Of a stretch of DNA of 24,000 nt, positions 1-8,864 are shown piece after piece. The stretch covers positions 7,421 to 31,420 of the forward strand of contig JAFYLE010000009.1 of assembly GCA_017537265.1 (NCBI GenBank), given 5' to 3'. Each line of letters starts with the position of its first letter. The stretch's first letter is position 1. Made by a program: the position numbers and the translations under genes. Source of the DNA: Clostridia bacterium. GTDB taxonomy: Bacteria; Bacillota; Clostridia; Oscillospirales; SIG627. Below the pieces are notes generated by a model that saw only the letters and a program-made list of their open reading frames with translations, searched no databases and was not told the origin of the DNA.

Positions 1-251
1 AGAACTTTTTCTACGGCGAGAGTGTGACGGTTGCGGGGCTTCTCACCGGCAGCGATTACCAAAAAGCTGCAAAGGAAGCAGACCTTAAGGAATACGACGC
101 AGTGCTCATTCCCGCAAGCAGTCTGCGTTACGAGCGCGACCTGTTTTTGGACGGCGTCGCACTTGCTGATCTGGAAAAAGAATGGAATCTTCCCGTCATT
201 CCCGTGGAGGGCGGCGAGGACATTGTGTATAAACTGTTAGGAGAAAATTGA
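1..251 (+). CDS. C-terminal fragment of a DUF512-type (radical-SAM-associated) protein, cut by the window start
   Basis: In-frame reading NFFYGESVTVAGLLTGSDYQKA...LFLDGVALADLEKEWNLPVIPVEGG resembles the DUF512 C-terminus typically encoded just upstream of der in Clostridia. TGA at 249-251 overlaps the der ATG. Confidence 0.75.
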   Translation, partial: NFFYGESVTVAGLLTGSDYQKAAKEADLKEYDAVLIPASSLRYERDLFLDGVALADLEKEWNLPVIPVEGGEDIVYKLLGEN

Positions 252-1579
252 TGGCACTACCGGTTGTGGCAGTGGTCGGCAGACCGAACGTCGGCAAAAG
301 TACGTTTTTCAACAAAATGTGCGGTGAGCGCATCTCCATTGTGGAGGATGTGCCGGGCGTGACCCGTGACCGCATTTATTCCACTTGCGAGTGGGCGGGC
401 AGAAAAATGCTGCTCGTTGACACGGGCGGATTGGAGCCGAATTCCGAAGACGAATTCCACATGCATATTGCGGAGCAAGTGCAGATCGCAGTCGATACGG
501 CGGACGTCATCATCATGATGACGGAGATCACCTCGGGCGTTATGCCCACTGACCGCGAAATCGCGCGCTACCTTTCCCGCGCACAGAAGCCCGTGGTGCT
601 CGCTGTCAATAAGGTGGACTCCATCGGTCAGACCCCGCCGGAGTTTTACGAATTTTACGAACTCGGTATCGAGCATGGTCCTTTTGCCGTCTCCAGCGTG
701 CACGGCACGGGCAGTGGCGATATCTTGGAGTGCGTCAACTCCCTGCTTCCGCCCCCTGCGGAAGAGGAGGAGAGCGAGCGCATTCGCGTTGCGGTCATCG
801 GCAAGCCGAATTCCGGCAAGAGTTCTTTGGTCAACCGCATCACCGGACAGTCCCGTATGATCGTCTCCAACGTCCCCGGAACCACGCGCGACGCGGTGGA
901 TACCGAGGTGGACAATGCTTACGGTTCCTTCACCTTCATCGATACGGCAGGCATTCGCCGTCAGTCCAAGGTGGAGGATAAGATCGAAAAATACAGCGTG
1001 CTTCGTGCAAAACTTGCCGTCGAGCGCGCAGACGTGTGCATCCTCATGGTGGACTCGCTTGAGATGGTCACCCAGCAGGACGAGCGCATTGCAGGCATTG
1101 CTCACGAATCGGGCAAGCCGACCATCGTCGTGCTTAATAAGTGGGATCTTGTGGACAAAGACAACGACACCGTGAAGAAGGCCACCAAGGACGTGGAGAT
1201 CGCCCTGTCGTACATGACCTACGCTCCCCTGGTGTTCATTTCCGCCAAGACGGGTCAGCGCGTGGACAAACTTTATCCCCTGATCCAAAAGGTGTACGAG
1301 TCTTCTCGTCGCCGTATCCCCACAGGCGTGCTCAACGATGTACTTGCAGACGCCGTTGCCCGCGTCCAGCCTCCGTCGGATCGCGGTCGCCGTTTGAAGA
1401 TCTATTATATGACGCAGGTCTCCGTCGCTCCGCCGACCTTCGTGGTCTTCTGTAACAGCGAGGAGCTCTTCCACTTCTCCTACCGCCGTTATCTGGAGAA
1501 CAATTTGCGCGAGACCTTTGATTTTGAAGGAACCCCCATCCGCATCGTCGTGCGTGAGAGGGGAGAGGAGGAAAAATGA
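251..1579 (+). CDS. der: Ribosome-associated GTPase Der (EngA)
   Basis: Two tandem G domains (GRPNVGKSTFFN ... DTGG ... NKVD; GKPNSGKSSLVN ... DTAG ... NKWD) plus a KH-like C-terminus. AGGAGA SD precedes ATG at 251; the listed ORF start at 248 is a TTG. Confidence 0.97.
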   Translation: MALPVVAVVGRPNVGKSTFFNKMCGERISIVEDVPGVTRDRIYSTCEWAGRKMLLVDTGGLEPNSEDEFHMHIAEQVQIAVDTADVIIMMTEITSGVMPTDREIARYLSRAQKPVVLAVNKVDSIGQTPPEFYEFYELGIEHGPFAVSSVHGTGSGDILECVNSLLPPPAEEEESERIRVAVIGKPNSGKSSLVNRITGQSRMIVSNVPGTTRDAVDTEVDNAYGSFTFIDTAGIRRQSKVEDKIEKYSVLRAKLAVERADVCILMVDSLEMVTQQDERIAGIAHESGKPTIVVLNKWDLVDKDNDTVKKATKDVEIALSYMTYAPLVFISAKTGQRVDKLYPLIQKVYESSRRRIPTGVLNDVLADAVARVQPPSDRGRRLKIYYMTQVSVAPPTFVVFCNSEELFHFSYRRYLENNLRETFDFEGTPIRIVVRERGEEEK

Positions 1580-2280
1580 ACGGATTTCTGTTTGGTTTCG
1601 GCGCCATTCCCGTCTTTTCAACGGGCCTTTTCCTGCCTGCCGAGGGGGAAAATTGGTTGCCGCTCATCCTCTTGCTTCTTGCCGCGGCACTCGGTGCGTA
1701 CCTCTTGGGCAGCATCAATTCCGCCGTGCTCGTCAGCAGCGCGCTGTTCGGCAAGGACGTTCGATCCTTCGGCAGCGGTAACGCGGGCCTTACCAATATG
1801 CACCGCGTGTTCGGTGTCAAGGGCGCCCTTTTGACGCTTGTCGGCGACGTGATGAAGGCCGTTTTGTCAGTCCTGCTCGGACTTGCTCTTTGCGGCTATC
1901 AGTACGGCGGCTACACCGCGTTGGCTTTTTGCGTCATCGGTCACGCGTTTCCCGTCTTTTTCGGTTTTCGCGGCGGCAAGGGCGTGCTGAGTGCGGCGTC
2001 TGCCATCTGCTGTCTGTCACCCGTCGTGTTTTTCTGCATGATCGGTATTTTTCTTCTCATGGTGCTCACTACGCGTTACGTTTCCGTCGGCTCCGTTACC
2101 GCGGCGTTTTTCTTTCCGCTGTTTTTGAAGGCGTTTTTCGGCAGTCTGCCCTTCGTGGTGCTTGCCACCTCTCTGTTTACCGCCGTGCTCGTCATTTTCC
2201 TGCACCGCGAGAACGTGCGCCGTCTGTTGCGCGGTGAGGAGAAGAAGTTCGGACAAAAAGAACCGCCCAAAGATGAGTGA
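1576..2280 (+). CDS. plsY: Glycerol-3-phosphate acyltransferase PlsY
   Basis: GSINSA, GSGNAGLTNMHRVFG and GHAFPVFFGFRGGKGV motifs with a multi-TM profile; ATGA overlap with der. Confidence 0.94.
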   Translation: MNGFLFGFGAIPVFSTGLFLPAEGENWLPLILLLLAAALGAYLLGSINSAVLVSSALFGKDVRSFGSGNAGLTNMHRVFGVKGALLTLVGDVMKAVLSVLLGLALCGYQYGGYTALAFCVIGHAFPVFFGFRGGKGVLSAASAICCLSPVVFFCMIGIFLLMVLTTRYVSVGSVTAAFFFPLFLKAFFGSLPFVVLATSLFTAVLVIFLHRENVRRLLRGEEKKFGQKEPPKDE

Positions 2281-2283
2281 TCT

Positions 2284-3417
2284 ATGAAACAAACCGTCTC
2301 TTTTTACGCATGTGATTCTTATGAGGACCGCGCCGCTCTCAAGCGCGCGGTCCTTTCTGTCATTTCCGACTGCGGCGGCTTCGACGCCCTGTTTGACCGC
2401 GGACGCCGCGTGGTCGTCAAGCCCAATCTGGTGATGAAAAAGTCGCCGGAGGGAGCCGCTACCACCCATCCCGCGCTGATGGACGTGCTTTTGGAGATCT
2501 TGCTTGAATACACCCGCGACATCCGCGTGGTCGAGTGTCCGGGCGGTCCCGGCACGCCCGCACTCGTGGAGGCGATCTATCGCACCACGGGTATTCGCGA
2601 GGTCTGCGACAGACGCGGCGTGGAGATCGTCGTTTCCCCCGAGGCGCGCACGGTCACGGTGGAAGGCGCCAAGGTCGCCTCTGCGCTTTCGCTTGCGGGG
2701 GAAATGGTGGACGCGGACGTGTTCATCAACCTCGGCAAACTCAAGAGCCACTCGCTCACCACGTTTACGGGCTGTGCCAAGAACCTTTACGGTGCCATCG
2801 TCGGGCTGACCAAGGTAGAGTACCACGCCCGTTTTGCACAGCTTTCCGACTTCGCCAACCTTATTTGCGACATCAACCGTGCACTCGTGCCCACGCTCAA
2901 TCTGCTGGATGCTGTCGTCGGCATGGAAGGCAACGGCCCCACCGGCGGCACGGCGCGTAAGATCGGCGGCATCGTCGGCGGCAACAACGCTTTTGCCGTG
3001 GACGCCATCGGCGCTCGCCTCATCGGACTTCGGGAAGAAGAGGCCCCCATTCTGTCCGCCGCCCGTGCTCTCGGCCTTTACACACCGGTGGAAGAGTGCC
3101 TCGGCGACGATTATGCTCCCTTTGTGCAGAGCGATTTTCTCTTTGCGGACGCACAGCGCTTTTCCATCTTGCGCGAGATGCCGAATCTCAAGTTTTTGCG
3201 CCGCTTTTTGGAACCGCGCCCCGTCATCTCCTCCCGCTGTGTCGGTTGCGGGGAATGTGTGCGCCTCTGCCCGAAGAGCGTCATTGAACTTCGCACGGTG
3301 AAGGGCAAAAAACGCGCGTACATTCACAAAAACAAGTGTATCCGTTGCTATTGCTGTCAGGAACTTTGTCCTGCCAAGGCCGTGGATACCAAGTCCAGAA
3401 AGATCCTGAAGATATGA
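2284..3417 (+). CDS. DUF362 domain protein with C-terminal 2x[4Fe-4S] ferredoxin module
   Basis: N-terminal DUF362-like sequence (VVVKPNLVMKKSPEGAATTHP..., NLGKLKSHSLTTFTGCAKNLYG) and Cys motifs CVGCGECVRLCP and CIRCYCCQELCP. Confidence 0.85.
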   Translation: MKQTVSFYACDSYEDRAALKRAVLSVISDCGGFDALFDRGRRVVVKPNLVMKKSPEGAATTHPALMDVLLEILLEYTRDIRVVECPGGPGTPALVEAIYRTTGIREVCDRRGVEIVVSPEARTVTVEGAKVASALSLAGEMVDADVFINLGKLKSHSLTTFTGCAKNLYGAIVGLTKVEYHARFAQLSDFANLICDINRALVPTLNLLDAVVGMEGNGPTGGTARKIGGIVGGNNAFAVDAIGARLIGLREEEAPILSAARALGLYTPVEECLGDDYAPFVQSDFLFADAQRFSILREMPNLKFLRRFLEPRPVISSRCVGCGECVRLCPKSVIELRTVKGKKRAYIHKNKCIRCYCCQELCPAKAVDTKSRKILKI

Positions 3418-4271
3418 GTGGGAGACGACTCACCCTTTGGGCGGCCGCAAAACTCAACCTCACCCTCGGCGTGGGAGAGCGCCGCGCGGACGGTTATCAC
3501 GAGATCCGCTCCGTCATGCAGAAGATCAGCCTGTACGATACGCTCTCTTTTGCCAAGGCGGATGAGATTTGCTTTACCTCGGATCTCAAGTACCTTCCGA
3601 ATGACGAGCGCAACCTCTGTGTCAAGGCCGCACGTCTGTATTTCGAGGCTGCGGGAATTGACGGCGGCGTGGATATCCGCGTGCGCAAGGCCATTCCCGT
3701 CGGTGCGGGTCTCGGCGGAGGAAGTGCGGATGCCGCGTGCACTTTGCGCGCCCTTTGTGCACTGTACCGACCGTTGGATCGGGAGACGCTTCACGCCCTT
3801 GCCCTTTCTCTCGGCGCGGACGTTGCGTTTTGCCTGTCGGAGGACACCACGTGCCTTTGTGAGGGCGTGGGGGAGGTGCTGACTCCCATTGTCCGCGGCG
3901 GGAGTGCGCCCATTTACCTCGTGCTTGTTAAAAACGACCGCAAACTTTCCACCGCCTCGGTGTACGGTGCGTTTGACAGTATGCCCGCTCGCCCCATTCC
4001 CTCGGATGAAAAGGTGCTTGCCGCATTGCAAAGCGGAGACGCAAAACTGCTCTCCGAGAATTTGTTTAATATGTTGGAGCAGCCGGTCTTCGCGCAGAAG
4101 CCCGCGCTTTCCGATCTGCTCGCGGAATTTGCCGCCCTCGGTGCACTCGGTGCGCGCATGAGCGGCGCAGGGCCCACCGTTTACGGCGTGTTTGACAGTC
4201 AGGAGTCCGCACTCAAAGCCGCGGCTCATTTTGAGTCTGCGCCGTTTTGCCGCATCGCAACGCTTTTGTAA
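3414..4271 (+). CDS. ispE: 4-diphosphocytidyl-2-C-methyl-D-erythritol kinase
   Basis: AAAKLNLTLGVGERRADGYHEIRSVMQ and PVGAGLGGGSADAACTLRAL (GHMP kinase). ATG 3414 overlaps the upstream stop; the ORF-track start at 3336 is too early. Confidence 0.94.
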   Translation: MSGRRLTLWAAAKLNLTLGVGERRADGYHEIRSVMQKISLYDTLSFAKADEICFTSDLKYLPNDERNLCVKAARLYFEAAGIDGGVDIRVRKAIPVGAGLGGGSADAACTLRALCALYRPLDRETLHALALSLGADVAFCLSEDTTCLCEGVGEVLTPIVRGGSAPIYLVLVKNDRKLSTASVYGAFDSMPARPIPSDEKVLAALQSGDAKLLSENLFNMLEQPVFAQKPALSDLLAEFAALGALGARMSGAGPTVYGVFDSQESALKAAAHFESAPFCRIATLL

Positions 4272-4272
4272 T

Positions 4273-4303
4273 TGCATATTTTTTCCAAAGCAGCCGAATA
4301 CTC
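4273..4303 (+). promoter_or_regulatory. Candidate sigma-F-type promoter for spoIIR
   Basis: TGCATA (4273-4278), 15-nt spacer, CCGAATACTC (4294-4303); compared with WGHATA-N14-16-GGNRANAMTR from general knowledge. The leading GG is not matched. Confidence 0.4.
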
Positions 4304-4335
4304 CCATTGCCAAACTTGGCAATGGGAGGTTTTTT
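4301..4335 (+). terminator. Intrinsic terminator after ispE
   Basis: Perfect 12-bp stem CTCCCATTGCCA(AACT)TGGCAATGGGAG followed by G and six T (4330-4335). Confidence 0.85.
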
Positions 4336-4965
4336 ATGTTTGCGATCTGTTTGCCCGCGTACAGAAGACAGATGCTTCTGCGCGCGCTCGCACTTTTGTT
4401 TGCCCTTGTGCTCTGCGCCTTTGTTCTTCTTCCGCTCAAGGCACAGGCGGCACTTTTTGATTCGGTTTTGCGTTTTCACGTCGTTGCGAATTCCGACAGC
4501 GCAAAAGATCAGGAGATCAAACTGCTCGTGCGCGACAAGCTTTTGGAATGGACGGGGGAAGACCTCGCTCTTTGCCGCCAGAGCGCGGAGGCCGAGGTTT
4601 ATCTTGCCGCAAGAAAAAGTGAGCTTTTAAGCCGCGTGAGGGTGTATCTTGCATCTTTGGGCGTCTCTTACGGTGCCGAGGTATTCCTCGGTGCGGAGGA
4701 ACACGCGGCGAAAGTCTATGGTGACCTCACGCTGCCCGCGGGCGAGTACCGTACGTTTCGCGTGGTGCTCGGAGAGGGTTGCGGGCAGAATTTTTTCTGC
4801 GTGCTCTTTCCGCCGATCTGCCAAAACAGCGCGAAGGGAAGCGCTTCCGAGACTTTTTTGCACTACGGCGTCAAGGGAGAGAGCGTGGGGCGGATCAAGA
4901 CGCGCCAAGGGGTGGAGGTGCGCTTCTTCCTGTGGGAAAAATTGAGGTCGATTTTTCAAATGTAA
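4336..4965 (+). CDS. spoIIR: Stage II sporulation protein R
   Basis: N-terminal TM segment and LRFHVVANSDSAKDQEIKLLVRDKLLEW, typical of SpoIIR; SD GGGAGG 4324-4329. The ORF-track start at 4192 would run through ispE. Confidence 0.92.
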   Translation: MFAICLPAYRRQMLLRALALLFALVLCAFVLLPLKAQAALFDSVLRFHVVANSDSAKDQEIKLLVRDKLLEWTGEDLALCRQSAEAEVYLAARKSELLSRVRVYLASLGVSYGAEVFLGAEEHAAKVYGDLTLPAGEYRTFRVVLGEGCGQNFFCVLFPPICQNSAKGSASETFLHYGVKGESVGRIKTRQGVEVRFFLWEKLRSIFQM

Positions 4966-5013
4966 ATTTTCGGAAAACAGAGAGGAAAAAGCGTGCGTTT
5001 TGCCGTTTTTTAC

Positions 5014-5042
5014 TTGCATTTTGCGCCTCGTGGTGTTATAAT
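5014..5042 (+). promoter_or_regulatory. SigA-type promoter upstream of the TIM-barrel/lipoprotein pair
   Basis: TTGCAT (5014-5019), 17-nt spacer, TATAAT (5037-5042). Confidence 0.8.
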
Positions 5043-5080
5043 ATGCTGAACGCAAATATGCAAAAGAACGGAGTTATTTT

Positions 5081-5893
5081 ATGAAACGCTCAGTCAATGC
5101 ATGGGCAGTCGGTGCCGATTACGGATTTGAAGAAACGTTTGCCAAAGTCAAGGCGGCGGGTTTTGAAGCCATCGAGCTCAATCTGGACGCAGACGGCGCA
5201 CACGCCCTCACTATGGAAACAACCGCAGCAGATCTGCAAAAGATCGTGGAAATTTCCAAAAAATTCGAACTTCCCGTCAGCGGCATCTCCACTTCCATCG
5301 GTGGCAACATCGGTTCCGCGGACGAGGCGGAGCGACAGGCCGCCGTTGACGTTGTGAAAAAGCAACTTTTCCTGGCAAAGCACCTCGGCGCTTCCGCTAT
5401 TCTCGCCGTTCCCGGCGCAGGCAACACCCCTTGGGGCGAGGCACATGAAATCTGTATTGAGGCCTACCGTTCCCTGACTCCCGTGATCGAGGACACCGGT
5501 ATTCTCGTCGGTATGGAGCACGTGTGGAATGGCTTCTTCCTCTCCCCGCGTGATCTCGCGTATACCGTGGACGAAATTGGCAGCGACTTCGTCGGCGTGT
5601 ATTTCGACATCGCCAACTGCGCGGACCGCTCCAAGAGCGAGGACTGGATCACCTTCCTCGGTGAGCGCATCAAGCGCGTGCACATCAAGAATTTCAACCG
5701 CAAGAGCGTGTTTGAATTTGCCTTCCCTCTGCTGTTTGAAGAGGGAACCATCGACTGGGTGCCCGTCATGGCCGCCCTTCGCAAGATCGGCTACGAGGGT
5801 CCTTTGACCGCCGAGTTCGGCGCACCCGAGGGTGATCCGAGCGAAAATCTTATTAAGAGCGCGGATGCGATTCGTCGCATTCAGTGTCTGTAA
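5081..5893 (+). CDS. Sugar phosphate isomerase/epimerase (xylose isomerase-like TIM barrel, AP endonuclease 2 superfamily)
   Basis: VKAAGFEAIELNLD, VGVYFDIANC, RIKRVHIKNFNR and GYEGPLTAEFG motifs; SD GGAG before ATG 5081. Confidence 0.85.
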   Translation: MKRSVNAWAVGADYGFEETFAKVKAAGFEAIELNLDADGAHALTMETTAADLQKIVEISKKFELPVSGISTSIGGNIGSADEAERQAAVDVVKKQLFLAKHLGASAILAVPGAGNTPWGEAHEICIEAYRSLTPVIEDTGILVGMEHVWNGFFLSPRDLAYTVDEIGSDFVGVYFDIANCADRSKSEDWITFLGERIKRVHIKNFNRKSVFEFAFPLLFEEGTIDWVPVMAALRKIGYEGPLTAEFGAPEGDPSENLIKSADAIRRIQCL

Positions 5894-5911
5894 TCGGGAG
5901 GTATTGTTTTT

Positions 5912-7429
5912 ATGAAACAGCTTAAGAGACTTGTGCTTCTTTTGCTCGTGGCAGCGTTCTGCGTTCTGCCGCTTGCTTCCTGCATCCCCGGTCGCGGCAA
6001 CGCGTTCGACGGTGGCGATCCCACTCCGATCGACCCCAACGCCAAGCCCGGTACTTACGACTATGCAAAGAGTCTTGTGCCTTCCGTCAATTACGAAGGC
6101 CGTGACTTCCGTATCCTCGTGTGTAAGTCCGTCAGCGAGTTCGACGCCAACAACGGTGACCTTGCCCGCAACGTCGTGGCAAAGGAATCCCTCGGTATTC
6201 CGATCAACGACGCCGTCCTGACCCGTAACATGGACCTGCAGACTCAGCTCGGCATCACCATCCGCGCCACGGAGAAGCCCTTCCGCAAAGTTGCGGAGGA
6301 ACTGCGCAACTCCATTCTCACGCAGGACGACCGTTACGACATCTGCTTCACCCGTTTGGACGACCTCACCCCGCTCGCCAGCGAAGGTCTTCTCGTCAAC
6401 CTTTTTGAAATGGACCTTGACCTGTCTCAGCCTTGGTGGGATCAGAACTCCATCAAGGAACTGACCATTCAGGACGAATTGTACTTTGCCGTGAGTGACG
6501 GTGACATCGTCGACAAACAGACTACCATGGCCTGCATGTTCAACAAGAAGGTCATGGACGAGCAGCAGATCGATCCCAAGAGCGTTTACGCCATGGTCGA
6601 CGAAGGCACCTGGACCATCGACGCCATGATGGATATGATCAAGAACATCAGCCCCGACAGCAGCGGCGACGGTATCAAGAATGAAGAAGATACTTGGGGC
6701 ATTTTGACCGAGTATGACTCCGCGACCTGTTTCTATTACGCGTTCGGCGGTTGCGTCACCGACAAGAACGGCTCTGACGAACCGCAGCTTCGCCTCGGCG
6801 ACAGTGACATGCGTGAAGCGGTCGATAAAGCCATTCTGACCCTGCGCGACAATGCCAACGTCTTCAAGGTCGAGCAGATGGGCGGCAACTGGCTCGCCGC
6901 CAGTGACATGTTTATCAACAACCAGGCCATGTTCCGTATCACCAACCTCACCACCACCGAGCGTTGGCGTAACATGGAGGCAGACTTCGGTATCCTGCCC
7001 ATGCCCAAGCTCAACGAAGAGCAGAAGAATTACGTCCACCTCTGCAAGAACGGTGCAACCGGCGTTTGCGTGCCCAACACCAATACCGACCTGGACTTCA
7101 CCGCCATCTGCCTTGAGGCGTTTGTGTCCTTCTCCCGCTATACCCTCCGCGAGGGCTACTTTGAATCCACCATGCAGGGCATGGTCTCCCGTGATGAAGA
7201 GACTGCCCGCATGCTCAACCTCATCTTCGACACCCGTGCCTTTGACCTCGGTTATATCTTTGACTTCGGTTGCAGCGAGGCCGGTATGATGGACGGCACC
7301 GGTTACCTTCTCAAGAAGATCGCCGCCGATCTTTCCACGCAGTTTGGTTCTTCGTGGGACTCCATTCGCGACAAAGCACAGGCCCAGATCGACGACATGC
7401 TCGATACGCTGGAGAACTCCCGCATCTAA
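5912..7429 (+). CDS. Extracellular solute-binding lipoprotein (ABC-type sugar-binding-like)
   Basis: Lipoprotein signal MKQLKRLVLLLLVAAFCVLPLASC with lipobox LASC; ~500-aa secreted binding-protein-like sequence. No permease genes nearby. Confidence 0.75.
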   Translation: MKQLKRLVLLLLVAAFCVLPLASCIPGRGNAFDGGDPTPIDPNAKPGTYDYAKSLVPSVNYEGRDFRILVCKSVSEFDANNGDLARNVVAKESLGIPINDAVLTRNMDLQTQLGITIRATEKPFRKVAEELRNSILTQDDRYDICFTRLDDLTPLASEGLLVNLFEMDLDLSQPWWDQNSIKELTIQDELYFAVSDGDIVDKQTTMACMFNKKVMDEQQIDPKSVYAMVDEGTWTIDAMMDMIKNISPDSSGDGIKNEEDTWGILTEYDSATCFYYAFGGCVTDKNGSDEPQLRLGDSDMREAVDKAILTLRDNANVFKVEQMGGNWLAASDMFINNQAMFRITNLTTTERWRNMEADFGILPMPKLNEEQKNYVHLCKNGATGVCVPNTNTDLDFTAICLEAFVSFSRYTLREGYFESTMQGMVSRDEETARMLNLIFDTRAFDLGYIFDFGCSEAGMMDGTGYLLKKIAADLSTQFGSSWDSIRDKAQAQIDDMLDTLENSRI

Positions 7430-7451
7430 CAGAGCTTGAGGTTACGGTTTT

Positions 7452-7565
7452 ATCTTAAAAACTGTTGCGATCATCTACCTTTTGACCAAGGTCTGCACCT
7501 GCGGCTCCAAGGCGTGTAAAGCCGAGGAAGCAGAGGGCAAGGCCGTCAAGACCGACATTGACTGA
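7452..7565 (+). other. Cryptic small ORF with ATC in start position (unannotated or start-degraded small membrane peptide)
   Basis: Reading (I/M)LKTVAIIYLLTKVCTCGSKACKAEEAEGKAVKTDID*. Codon choice resembles neighbouring genes and GAGG at 7438-7441 lies 10 nt upstream of ATC. Confidence 0.3.
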
Positions 7566-7574
7566 CAACTGCAT

Positions 7575-7791
7575 AAAACGCTGAGAACGAGGGGCAAACA
7601 CCTCAAGTCTGTGACTCCAGAGAGGCCGGAGGATGGAAACGGCTGTCACGGCGGTGGGCGCATTTCACTCGGGAGCGGCGCGGGGGATAATCCCGCGACG
7701 GCACCGTCCGTAAACCGGTTTTTAAGTGATAAATAAGGGTGGTACCGCGACCTTGTTCGCCCCTGTGAAAACAGGGGCGAATTTTATTTTT
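7575..7791 (+). promoter_or_regulatory. T-box leader (tRNA-Phe-responsive) of pheST
   Basis: T-box core AGGGTGGTACCGCG (7736-7749) with TGGT complementary to ACCA; candidate UUC specifier in GCATTTCACTCGGGAGC (TTC 7664-7666); CGCGGG/CCCGCG stem; intrinsic terminator next to the T-box; directly upstream of pheS. Confidence 0.93.
7756..7791 (+). terminator. Conditional intrinsic terminator of the T-box leader
   Basis: 11-bp stem TTCGCCCCTGT(GAAA)ACAGGGGCGAA followed by TTTTATTTTTT. Confidence 0.9.
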
Positions 7792-7825
7792 TGCGAAAAA
7801 TTTGATTCATATAAAAGGAGACAAT

Positions 7826-8848
7826 ATGAAAGACAGACTGATGAACTTACAGGCAGAGTGCCTGCAGAAACTCGATTCTGCAAACACTCTTGCCGCCTTG
7901 GAGGAGATCCGCGTCACCTACCTCGGCAAAAAAGGCCCGCTGACCGAGATCTTGCGCGGTATGGGCGCCCTCCCCGCAGAGGAAAGACCGATCGTGGGTG
8001 AGATTGCAAACCAAGTGCGCACCACACTTGCCGACGCCTTGGCGGCAAAGAAGGAAGCCCTCGGCGCCGCGGCAGATGCCGCTCGTCTGGAAGCGGAAAA
8101 ACTGGACGTTACCGCCCCCGCAGTGCTCAAGAACCTCGGCGGCAGACATCCGATCGCCCTCGTGCAGGAAGAGATCGAGAACATTTTTATTTCCATGGGC
8201 TTCTCCGTGGAGGACGGCCCCGAGGTGGAGACCGATTACTACAACTTCGAGGCACTTAATACCCCCGCGGATCACCCCGCGCGTGACGTGCAGGATACCT
8301 TCTACGTCACCGAGAAGGTGTTGCTTCGCACCCAGACTTCTCCCGTGCAGGCCCGCACCATGGAGAAGACGAATCCTCCCATCCGCATGATCTGCCCGGG
8401 CCGCGTGTACCGTTCCGACGCGGTGGACGCCACCCACTCTCCGATGTTCCACCAGATCGAAGGTCTCGTGGTCGATCGCGGCATTACCATGGGCGATCTT
8501 AAGGGTACGCTGGACCTGTTCGCACAGAAGATGTTCGGCGAACAGACCAAGACCCGTTTCCGCCCGCATCATTTCCCGTTCACAGAACCGTCTGCAGAGG
8601 TCGACGTCTCCTGCTTCGTCTGCGGCGGAGAAGGCTGTTCGCTGTGCAAAGGTGAGGGTTGGATCGAGATCCTCGGTGCCGGCATGGTGCACCCCAACGT
8701 TCTGCGCGCCTCCGGGATCGACCCTGAGGAGTATTCCGGCTTTGCCTTCGGCATGGGCGTGGAGCGCATCGTTATGACCCGTTACGGCATCAACGACATG
8801 CGCTATCTGTATGAAAACGACGTTCGCTTCTTGCGACAGTTCTCTTGA
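7826..8848 (+). CDS. pheS: Phenylalanine--tRNA ligase alpha subunit
   Basis: [46 protein letters not shown] and [18 protein letters not shown]; SD AAAAGGAG before ATG 7826. Confidence 0.97.
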   Translation: MKDRLMNLQAECLQKLDSANTLAALEEIRVTYLGKKGPLTEILRGMGALPAEERPIVGEIANQVRTTLADALAAKKEALGAAADAARLEAEKLDVTAPAVLKNLGGRHPIALVQEEIENIFISMGFSVEDGPEVETDYYNFEALNTPADHPARDVQDTFYVTEKVLLRTQTSPVQARTMEKTNPPIRMICPGRVYRSDAVDATHSPMFHQIEGLVVDRGITMGDLKGTLDLFAQKMFGEQTKTRFRPHHFPFTEPSAEVDVSCFVCGGEGCSLCKGEGWIEILGAGMVHPNVLRASGIDPEEYSGFAFGMGVERIVMTRYGINDMRYLYENDVRFLRQFS

Positions 8849-8864
8849 TGGGAGGTAAGACAGT

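Noticed and set aside
257-1621. 454-aa antisense ORF opposite der; similarly 2017-3327 (-), 3357-4439 (-), 21494-22504 (-)
   Set aside because: All are mirror frames of confidently identified genes with no independent coding evidence.
4986-5011. Possible terminator after spoIIR (AAAAAGCG...CGTTTTTT)
   Set aside because: The GC pairs do not align into a continuous stem; only A/T runs pair, so unsupported.
5090-7039. 649-aa antisense ORF opposite the TIM-barrel and lipoprotein genes
   Set aside because: Low-complexity H/D/V-rich translation typical of a shadow frame; it crosses two well-supported plus-strand genes.
7558-7586. TTGACT at 7558-7563 as -35 of a T-box promoter
   Set aside because: No acceptable -10 at 16-18 nt (CTGAGA); CATAAA lies only 8 nt away. 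The T-box promoter remains unidentified.
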